Part shown: positions 57,072-64,000 of the stretch, piece after piece | Numbering within the stretch: position 1 is the first letter of the stretch | Layout: each line of letters starts with the position of its first letter | NCBI GenBank assembly: GCA_016935525.1 | Contig: JAFGQU010000002.1 | Span: 98,560-162,559 of the forward strand | DNA: 64,000 nt | Origin: Candidatus Omnitrophota bacterium | GTDB lineage: Bacteria > Omnitrophota > Gorgyraeia > Duberdicusellales > 4484-171 | Direction of reading: 5' to 3' | Program-made: the position numbers and the translations under genes | The notes under the pieces: generated by a model | The model's input: only the letters and a program-made list of their open reading frames with translations | What the model was told of the DNA's origin: nothing | Databases searched by the model: none

Positions 57072-57999
57072 ATTCCCGCTTTCTGGTTCCGACAAGATAT
57101 AATACCGCCATCCGGACGGCAAGCCCGTTTTCTACCTGTTTAAGAATCAACGGATGCACGATTTCTTTTAATTGCGAAGAGATCTCTACATCCCAGTTCA
57201 CCGGACCGGGATGAAGGATAAGACAATCTTTTTTTGCCTTTTTTAATCTTTCGGGAGTAAGTGAGAAATTCTCTACATATTCGCGGATACTGGGAAAAAA
57301 AGATTCCTGCTGACGTTCTTTCTGGATCCTTAACATGATGACGACATCCGCCTCTTTGAGCGCCTGATCCAGGTCATCATGTATTTCCACTCCTAATTTT
57401 TCAAAATCATAAGGGATAAGCGTCGGCGGCGCGCACACGCTTACCCGGGAATTGAATTTCTGAAATCCGAAAATATTCGACCGGGCGACCCGGGAATGCA
57501 TGATATCGCCGACAATAAGTACCCGTAGATCTTCCAGGGCACCTTTCTCCTGCTGCACCGTAAACATATCCAGCAGACATTGAGTGGGGTGCTCGTTGCT
57601 TCCGTCGCCGGCATTGACAATACTTGCCGAAGTATACTGGGAAAGGTTGATGAGTGAATGAGAATATCCGATACGGATCACCAGTATATCGGGATGATAG
57701 GATTCAAGGTTCTTAATCGTATCGACGATCGTCTCTCCCTTATTTAAACTGCTCATGTTCGATGAAAAATTCAATACGTCTGCGCTTAACCGTTTCCCGG
57801 CCAGTTCAAATGATATCTTAGTACGGGTCGAGTTTTCAAAAAACAGGTTCACGATGGTCTTGCCCCGTAATGCCGGGGCTTTTTTTACTTCGCGTTGAGA
57901 CAGCTCCCGGAACGAATGGGCGATTTTGAATATCGTTTCCATTTCTTCGCGAGTGAGGTCTTTAATCCCTAAAATATGCTTTTTCTGCCAAGGCTCCAT
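57055..57999 (-). CDS. pyrB: Aspartate carbamoyltransferase catalytic subunit
   Basis: FFENSTRT, KGET, NAGDG..EHPTQ, GDI.HSRVARS, LRIQKER and HPGP.N. Confidence 0.98.
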   Translation of the reverse strand: MEPWQKKHILGIKDLTREEMETIFKIAHSFRELSQREVKKAPALRGKTIVNLFFENSTRTKISFELAGKRLSADVLNFSSNMSSLNKGETIVDTIKNLESYHPDILVIRIGYSHSLINLSQYTSASIVNAGDGSNEHPTQCLLDMFTVQQEKGALEDLRVLIVGDIMHSRVARSNIFGFQKFNSRVSVCAPPTLIPYDFEKLGVEIHDDLDQALKEADVVIMLRIQKERQQESFFPSIREYVENFSLTPERLKKAKKDCLILHPGPVNWDVEISSQLKEIVHPLILKQVENGLAVRMAVLYLVGTRKREYEISD

Positions 58000-58550
58000 T
58001 ATCGTTTCTTCCGGAGGATCACCGCTTCGTCTTTCCCATCGATCTCTTTAAGCCGTATTTCCACCAATTCGTTCTTTGCCGTAGGGATATTTTTACCGAC
58101 AAAATCGGCCCGGATCGGCAATTCCCGATGCCCGCGGTCGATAAGGACAAGTAATTCAATCCGGTGCGGCCGGCCAAAATCCATGATTTCGTCTAATGCC
58201 GCCCGGATAGTCCTTCCGGTAAACAATACATCATCGATAAGGATGACTATCCTGTTCTTCAGGTCACACGGGATCTTGGTCTCTTTTACCAGGGGGACTT
58301 CCGAAACAGTGGTTAAATCGTCGCGGTAAAGCGTAATATCAAGGATCCCCAAAGGGATCTCGATGCCTTCTAATTCTTTCACTATTTTTTGTAACCGTTG
58401 GGCCAAATAGACACCCCGGGTCTGGATCCCGATAAATACCAGCTGTTCGGCATGAGTATTTTTTTCCAGAACCTGGTGGGCAAGACGCAGAAGGATACGT
58501 TTTATGTCGGCATCCGAAAGGAGAGGGGTTTTTTCTTTATAGGTATCCAT
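57999..58550 (-). CDS. pyrR: Pyrimidine operon attenuator / uracil phosphoribosyltransferase
   Basis: GIQTRG, LDITLYRDDL, DDVLFTGRTIRAA and DRGHRELPIRADFVGKN. Confidence 0.98.
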   Translation of the reverse strand: MDTYKEKTPLLSDADIKRILLRLAHQVLEKNTHAEQLVFIGIQTRGVYLAQRLQKIVKELEGIEIPLGILDITLYRDDLTTVSEVPLVKETKIPCDLKNRIVILIDDVLFTGRTIRAALDEIMDFGRPHRIELLVLIDRGHRELPIRADFVGKNIPTAKNELVEIRLKEIDGKDEAVILRKKR

Positions 58551-58574
58551 ATAACCTCCCGTAACCAGGGGTAT

Positions 58575-58605
58575 AAAAAGAAAAAACCCACTTGATAAGT
58601 GGGTC
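58575..58605 (-). terminator. Attenuator intrinsic terminator in the pyrR leader
   Basis: GACCCACTT-ATC-AAGTGGGTT followed by TTTTCTTTTT. Confidence 0.85.
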
Positions 58606-58642
58606 GCATATTGTAAGATATAGGTTATTTTTCATACAGGTT

Positions 58643-58673
58643 CCTTGCCAGCCTCACAGGACCGGCTTAAAGG
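58643..58673 (-). promoter_or_regulatory. PyrR binding-site RNA element
   Basis: CCTTTAAGCCGGTCCTGTGAGGCTGGCAAGG matches the PyrR binding-loop consensus (CUUUAA...GUCC.GUGAGGC...AAGG). Confidence 0.9.
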
Positions 58674-58680
58674 TTATTTG

Positions 58681-58709
58681 AGTATACCGTATGCCGAACG
58701 CTTTGTCAA
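58681..58709 (-). promoter_or_regulatory. Sigma70 promoter of the pyr operon
   Basis: TTGACA (58709-58704)-17 nt-TATACT (58686-58681), immediately upstream of the PyrR loop. Confidence 0.8.
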
Positions 58710-58724
58710 TACATAATCATCGTT

Positions 58725-59861
58725 TTATTTTCGTTCTAAAAAGGTCAGGCATTCCACATGGGGGGTATGGGGGAAAAAGTCAAAAGGCTCAATAAAATCA
58801 ACCCGATAAAGGCTGGCAAGGTCGGAAATGTCCTCACAAAGGGTCTGAGGGTTGCAGGAAGAATAGACGATCCGGGGCGGATGGGCCCGGAGGATCTTAC
58901 GTTTTATCTTTTTCGATAACCCGCTCCGGGGAGGATTTAAGACCATGATATCTATCCCGGATGTGTCCGAATCGGACAGGAACCGCCGGACATCCGTACA
59001 GACAAAAGAGATATTCTCAATATTGTTCAGTTGAGCGTTTACTTTGGCGTTCTGGACTATCTCTTCCCGCAATTCCACGCCCCAGACATACTGCACATCT
59101 CTGGCCAGGAATAAACCTATGGAACCTACTCCGCAATAGAGGTCCAATATCTTCTCTTTCCCGGTCACATGCGCGTACTGACGGATCTTTTCATAAAGGG
59201 TCTTGATCCCCCGGGAATTGATCTGGAAAAAAGAATCGATATAAATACGGAACTGCAGATCACCTAATATCTCGGTCACAAACGGCTCCCCCAAAAGCAG
59301 TTCTTTCTTTTGGAAAGTGACCGCATCGCCGAAAGAATCATTGGTGATCCAGTATAACGATTTTATCGGGATCTGTTCATTTAATGAGACGATCTTTTTC
59401 TTGAGACCTTCAGTATCCATCGTCCCCTGGCTGGAAGTCACTATTCCCAACATAAACTGCCCGGTAAACTTTGTATTCCGGATGATCAAGTGCCTTAGGA
59501 ACCCTTCATGAGTAAATGTATTGTAAGGGGCTTGCGTACTGAAGAACTCACGCAGACAATCAAGGATCATCCCTGCATGTTCCGAGAAGATCACACATTC
59601 TTTTGCATTAAAGACTTTCCGTTTTTCCGCTTTACGATGGAGGCCGCAGACCAGCTCTCCTTCTTCTTGAGAAAAAGTAAACTCCATTTTGTTACGATAA
59701 TACCAGGGATCAAAACTATTGATCGGTTTAAGTTCGGTTTCGATCCCAAATTCCTCAAGAAGCCCTTTGATCCGGTCTTCTTTACCGGCGAGCTGTTCGG
59801 GATAAGGGGTATCCTGGAATCGACACCCGCCGCAATCAGGAAAATGCTGGCATATATTCAT
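58725..59861 (-). CDS. rlmD: 23S rRNA (uracil-5)-methyltransferase RlmD/TrmA family, lacking the TRAM domain; start revised to 59861
   Basis: CQHFPDCGGC..Q, YRNKMEF, SFFQIN, LDLYCGVG.IG, NPPRSG, YSSCNP.T and DFFPHT.HVE. Confidence 0.88.
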   Translation of the reverse strand: MNICQHFPDCGGCRFQDTPYPEQLAGKEDRIKGLLEEFGIETELKPINSFDPWYYRNKMEFTFSQEEGELVCGLHRKAEKRKVFNAKECVIFSEHAGMILDCLREFFSTQAPYNTFTHEGFLRHLIIRNTKFTGQFMLGIVTSSQGTMDTEGLKKKIVSLNEQIPIKSLYWITNDSFGDAVTFQKKELLLGEPFVTEILGDLQFRIYIDSFFQINSRGIKTLYEKIRQYAHVTGKEKILDLYCGVGSIGLFLARDVQYVWGVELREEIVQNAKVNAQLNNIENISFVCTDVRRFLSDSDTSGIDIMVLNPPRSGLSKKIKRKILRAHPPRIVYSSCNPQTLCEDISDLASLYRVDFIEPFDFFPHTPHVECLTFLERK

Positions 59862-60367
59862 ATCTTCACAATGAGTTTTTTCAAAGGGAAACGGCGGCCT
59901 CCTCCCGGCCTCTTTGCGGGAACCCCCAGGGCGATACATCCCCAGAGTTCCAGGGTATGCGCGCAGTTGAGAGCCTTTTGAATCGCTTTTTTCTGATTAA
60001 GGATCTCGCCTAACCAACAGGCTCCCAGCTTGACCGCCGAGGCGGCAAGAAGCATATTCTGAATACACGCTCCCAACGCCATCAGATCTTTTTCGCGGTG
60101 ATAACTCTTCTTTTTATCCAGAAATACTAACACCACCTTATCGGCGGCTTTCACGACATGCCCGTAATGGGTATACGGCACCAACCGGTCTTTGTCGCTT
60201 TTTTCTAACACCATAAATCTCCAAGGCTGATTATTTAGTCCCGAAGGAGCCCATCGGCCGGCTTCGAGTATTTTTTCAACGGTTTTTAAAGAAAGCGATT
60301 TTTCTTTAAACGAACGGACCGATCTCCGGTTCTTAATTAAATCCATACCTATTTTTTCTTTGTTCAT
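59858..60367 (-). CDS. Nitroreductase family protein
   Basis: RRSVRSF, APSGLNNQPWRF and QNMLLAA...LGACW. Confidence 0.93.
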   Translation of the reverse strand: MNKEKIGMDLIKNRRSVRSFKEKSLSLKTVEKILEAGRWAPSGLNNQPWRFMVLEKSDKDRLVPYTHYGHVVKAADKVVLVFLDKKKSYHREKDLMALGACIQNMLLAASAVKLGACWLGEILNQKKAIQKALNCAHTLELWGCIALGVPAKRPGGGRRFPLKKLIVKI

Positions 60368-60419
60368 TTTTCTTTTTATTTTTGGTTTTTTAATATTTAC
60401 TTTTTTATTTTTAATTTTT

Positions 60420-61337
60420 CTAGCAGTATCCCAGTTCCTGCAGGATCCGGGGTTGAGTCTGCCAATCTTTTACTACCCGCACCCGCAGTTGAAGATAGAC
60501 TTTCTTCTTAAAGATAGTTTCGATCTCGCCGCGGGCGGCGATCCCGACGTCTTTTATAAATCCGCCTTTTTTTCCGATCACGATCTGTTTTTGAGAATCC
60601 CGGTTCACATACACCGCCGCATAAATACACACCAGTTTTTCTTTATCCTCTATCTCTTCTACTTCTACCGCGAGCGAATGGGGTATTTCCTCAGACAATT
60701 TTTCGAAGATCTTTTCTCTGATGATATCGGCGACCCTGAAAGATAACGGAAAATCAGTCACCGTGCCCGGCTCATAAAAAGGGGGCCCCTCCGGTAACAG
60801 CGAGATGACCGCTTCTTTTAATTCTTCTATATTTTTCCCGGTTTTCGCCGAAACCGGCACATAATAACGGACCGGATCGGTTTTATTTCTTCCCAGCATC
60901 GCTTTCCAGGCGTCAATGTAAAGAGTGATATTCTTTTTCTGCATATCCAGCTTATTTAATACCATGATAATCGGGATCTTCTGTTTTATTAATGAACGCA
61001 TAATATGCGTTTCTTCTACTCCCGGACGCCGGGTAAGATCGACGACATAAAGGATCACCTCGATATCTTCAAGGCTCTTAAACGCCAGAGAATTCAGATG
61101 GTTGGCCAGTTTATGCCGAAACCGATGAATACCGGGAGTATCGACAAAAATGATCTGAGCGTTTTTCAAATTGGCAATCCCGCGGATCTGGTGCCGAGTA
61201 GTCTGGGGGATACTTGAGACAATGCTTATTTTATCCTGTAAAAATGTGTTTAACAGCGTTGATTTGCCGGCATTGGGCCGGCCGATGAATACCACAAATC
61301 CCGATTTAAATGAAGGTTTCTTCTCAATGTTCATCAA
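60420..61337 (-). CDS. era: GTPase Era
   Basis: GRPNAGKSTL, PQTTR, DTPG, NKLD, SAKTG and a KH domain (SQK.IVIGKKG). Confidence 0.97.
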   Translation of the reverse strand: MMNIEKKPSFKSGFVVFIGRPNAGKSTLLNTFLQDKISIVSSIPQTTRHQIRGIANLKNAQIIFVDTPGIHRFRHKLANHLNSLAFKSLEDIEVILYVVDLTRRPGVEETHIMRSLIKQKIPIIMVLNKLDMQKKNITLYIDAWKAMLGRNKTDPVRYYVPVSAKTGKNIEELKEAVISLLPEGPPFYEPGTVTDFPLSFRVADIIREKIFEKLSEEIPHSLAVEVEEIEDKEKLVCIYAAVYVNRDSQKQIVIGKKGGFIKDVGIAARGEIETIFKKKVYLQLRVRVVKDWQTQPRILQELGYC

Positions 61338-62457
61338 AATACCTATCTAGTTTTTCAAGATATTCATATAATACTTTAGTCCCTTTGATAAGGTTAGATA
61401 CTTTTACATATTCATTTACCGTATGAGCACACCCCCGGGACCCGAATCCGAACGCAAAAGATTCGATTCCCCGTGCTTCTAAAAAGGTCAGCACGGTCGC
61501 GCCAAAACTGGGTTTACAGTGTGCCGGTATGTTATGTTGAACGAGGATCTTTCTCATTAACCCGACCAGAAAATGATCGTGATCGATCTCTACCGGCCCC
61601 TGATTGGCTAATATCTTCAACGTATATGTCCCGGTATGGATCTTGATGATCTTCTCTATTCTCTCTAAAATCACCGTTTCTTTCAAGGGAGGTACATAAC
61701 GGATATCCAGTTCGCACGCGCAATATCCGGCCACAATATTGACTTTTTCTCCTCCTTCGATTTTCCCGACATTAAGGGTAGGCGATTTAAGCAAAGGATG
61801 TACTTTTTTAAATAACGGTTCTTTTTTGATATCGCCGATAATATTCATCGTTTTTTCGATCGCATTTTTCCCCCGCCAGGGATAGGCGCCATGGGCTTCT
61901 TTTCCGTAGACCTCTACACGCAGATGAAGGAGCCCTTTCTGCGCGACAATCATATCAAACTCATTACTGTCCAGCACGATCCCGTAATCTATATTTTTTA
62001 GGCGCCGGATGAGCGGCCGGATCCCATAATCACTGCCGGTCTCCTCATCCGCGGTGAATGCGCATATCAAATCGATATTATCCAGAACCCGGTTTTTTGA
62101 TTTAAATTCTTTCAAGGTCGCAAGGGTCACCGCGACATTGGCTTTATCATCGGTCGCGCCCCGGCCATAGATCTTTCCTTTTACATAGGTACCGGAAAAC
62201 GGAGGATATTTCCATTTCCCGGTAGGCGGGACCACATCGATATGCGGCGTCAACAACACTTTCTTTTTCCGTGTGCGTGAAGGAAGTTCACATACGATAT
62301 TAGGCCGGTTTTTTTTAAACTCATACCGTTTCGATTTTATATCGATCCCTTGAAGATACTTCTGTATGAACAAAGCGACCCCTTTTTCTTTTCCCGGGGG
62401 GTTAGAAGAATCCTGCCTAATGAGTTTCTGTGTAAGATCTATTATCTCTTTCTTCAT
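61324..62457 (-). CDS. M20 family metallopeptidase (ArgE/DapE-like); start revised to 62457
   Basis: HIDVVP, YGRGATDDK, ADEETG, GKEAHG, G.NAI, GG.KVN and AHTVNE. Confidence 0.9.
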   Translation of the reverse strand: MKKEIIDLTQKLIRQDSSNPPGKEKGVALFIQKYLQGIDIKSKRYEFKKNRPNIVCELPSRTRKKKVLLTPHIDVVPPTGKWKYPPFSGTYVKGKIYGRGATDDKANVAVTLATLKEFKSKNRVLDNIDLICAFTADEETGSDYGIRPLIRRLKNIDYGIVLDSNEFDMIVAQKGLLHLRVEVYGKEAHGAYPWRGKNAIEKTMNIIGDIKKEPLFKKVHPLLKSPTLNVGKIEGGEKVNIVAGYCACELDIRYVPPLKETVILERIEKIIKIHTGTYTLKILANQGPVEIDHDHFLVGLMRKILVQHNIPAHCKPSFGATVLTFLEARGIESFAFGFGSRGCAHTVNEYVKVSNLIKGTKVLYEYLEKLDRYFDEH

Positions 62458-64000
62458 ACACACTCCTGATCGGAACCGCAAGGGCCTCTCCGGTTAACGG
62501 ATTGAAACCTTGATAAGAAATTAAAAAATAAGCGGTCGCCGCCAGCGACCCCACCTGGTCCCCTTTAGGCGTACGCCACCCATGGCCGGTATCAATAAAA
62601 CTCTGAGAAGCATAGGGTAACGTAGGGTACGCTTTCCCTACGGGTGAAGGGGAATTAATCACCATTTTTTGCAATTCTTCGAAATAAAACAGAGCTTTTT
62701 CGAAATAATAACGGGATTTTTCCGCATCACGAGTGCGATAATAATCCGCCAATATTTCCAGAGCAAGGACCATCTGGGAAGTCCATTCGCAGGAAATGAC
62801 TCCGCCGCGCGGGATATGTTGCGCCTTGGCAAAATCGAATCCGGTCACCTGGACCAGGAGATCATGCCGGCGTAAATCCACGTTCACCTCACAATTCTTT
62901 ATCGCGAACTCTACGATCTGATCCGGGTCCATATCGTATTGGAGAAGCACCTGCGGCCCCAAGGCCGTAATCGACCAGGTATAGGTGTCGGTCGCGATAG
63001 TCGCATCGCCGCGGCCGCGGTTAATCGGAACGGCTTTCTGAGTATACGCGTACCGATCAAGCCACTCATCGATCTTTTTCGCATAGGTACTGCATATCGG
63101 ATGCGCGCTTACCCGGGAGAACAATTTAAAGAATGCCGAAGAATCGAGATTATGTTCGGTAGAGTACCACTGCACTTTCGGCCCGCCTTTAATTCCTCCT
63201 TCATCATCCATCATCTCAAGGAGGAAATCGGAAACTTTTTCGGCAATTTTCAGATAGGTACGGTCTTTGGTCATATCGACATAATGTAACGCGGCAAGCC
63301 CGATCCAGGCATTCGGGCCGGCATGCACGACATATTCAAATACCCCCCCGCTCGTGTAATACGCATTATAGATATCCTGATCATGTTCGACCGCGTTAAG
63401 GTAGAAATCCAGGATCTTTTTTGCCCGATCGGGTCTCTGGTACAGGCAGAACACAATTGCGGCCAGTGCCTGGTCATAACTAAAGGCGACTCTCTTTAAA
63501 TCGTCATCCCCCTCATAACTTAACACCAGACCGGTGTGTAAGTCCTGACGGGAAGAAATCCATTGATACATCCCCGCGGTGATCCGGGCGGCATATTCCC
63601 GTTTTTCTTTCTCTTTCACCCGGGACCCTTGAGCCAATATATCGGTAAGCTCTTTCTTTTCGGCAAGTTGAGCCTGGAGGATCTGGTTCTTGCGAGAAAG
63701 TTCGCGGATATCGTTTTGAAGCCGGCTGATGTTATTGTGCAGCTCTGCGGCACTCACATCCGCAGCGGCAGACACCTCATCGGCGCCAGAAGAGACTTGA
63801 GCGTATTTTTCCTGCCAGATGAGGAGTTCTTCATTAAGCTCCTGTAATTGTTTTTCCAGCGTTTTTTGTTGTCCGCGGAAATACGCAAGAAGTTTCTGTT
63901 CGCTTTCCAATCCTGAATTTAACATGTTCGTTTCCTGTATCGTCTGAAAATACCGGGCAACCAGCGTTTTATTCTCCCGCACAAGACGAGCCTGTTCAAA
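62417..64000 (-). CDS. Partial gene (5' end outside the window): coiled-coil region plus putative (alpha/alpha)6 glycosidase-like domain
   Basis: Frame stays open to the window edge; heptad-rich N-terminal part; SYDQALA, GPNAWIG, STEHNLD, TDTYTW and EWTSQM motifs. Confidence 0.6.
   Translation of the reverse strand, partial: FEQARLVRENKTLVARYFQTIQETNMLNSGLESEQKLLAYFRGQQKTLEKQLQELNEELLIWQEKYAQVSSGADEVSAAADVSAAELHNNISRLQNDIRELSRKNQILQAQLAEKKELTDILAQGSRVKEKEKREYAARITAGMYQWISSRQDLHTGLVLSYEGDDDLKRVAFSYDQALAAIVFCLYQRPDRAKKILDFYLNAVEHDQDIYNAYYTSGGVFEYVVHAGPNAWIGLAALHYVDMTKDRTYLKIAEKVSDFLLEMMDDEGGIKGGPKVQWYSTEHNLDSSAFFKLFSRVSAHPICSTYAKKIDEWLDRYAYTQKAVPINRGRGDATIATDTYTWSITALGPQVLLQYDMDPDQIVEFAIKNCEVNVDLRRHDLLVQVTGFDFAKAQHIPRGGVISCEWTSQMVLALEILADYYRTRDAEKSRYYFEKALFYFEELQKMVINSPSPVGKAYPTLPYASQSFIDTGHGWRTPKGDQVGSLAATAYFLISYQGFNPLTGEALAVPIRSVYEERDNRSYTETH

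Noticed and set aside
60360-60746. Phe-rich plus-strand ORF
   Set aside because: Antisense to era and starts in a low-complexity T-rich spacer
248-63847. Numerous 60-165 aa ORFs antisense or out of frame within long genes
   Set aside because: Shadow ORFs with no recognisable motifs, fully nested in well-supported CDSs

Overview
Bacterial chromosomal window, gene-dense and mostly minus-strand. It probably comes from an anaerobe; the gene content suggests Ca. Omnitrophota or another PVC-type lineage, but that is inference only. Positions ~1-37.5 kb form one large accessory envelope/lipid-tailoring cluster. It holds a UbiA-family prenyltransferase, one atypical radical SAM enzyme (CX10CX2C) and five cobalamin-dependent radical SAM enzymes. 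It also holds five 'peptidase U32' Fe-S proteins (three long paralogs plus a UbiU/UbiV-like pair), three CruF/DUF422-like membrane proteins and an ICMT/PEMT-like membrane methyltransferase. Sugar-handling genes are a DPM1/ArnC-like GT2, four GT-C (PMT/ArnT-like) transferases, a carbamoyltransferase, a polysaccharide deacetylase and a split amidotransferase pair. A lectin-SGNH membrane protein and a GH44-like lipoprotein complete the cluster. I propose this as a candidate undescribed O2-independent assembly line for a prenylated, methylated, hydroxylated and glycosylated membrane lipid or surface glycoconjugate. Two 140-bp IS200/IS605-type miniature elements, whose internal hairpin loops are individually flipped between copies, lie inside it. 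Positions 37.8-42.6 kb hold a GT2-GT4-GT4-WecA/MraY-RNase Z-like operon. Positions 42.6-64 kb are housekeeping: a pyrimidine gene run headed by a PyrR attenuator (pyrR, B, C, carA, carB, pyrK, D, F), interleaved with EndoQ, tRNA-Arg(CCG), an archaeal-type dUTPase, mutM and a pabB-pabC fusion. It is followed by rlmD, a nitroreductase, era, an M20 peptidase and a partial coiled-coil/glycosidase-like gene. All family calls come from motif recognition by eye; no database searches were run.
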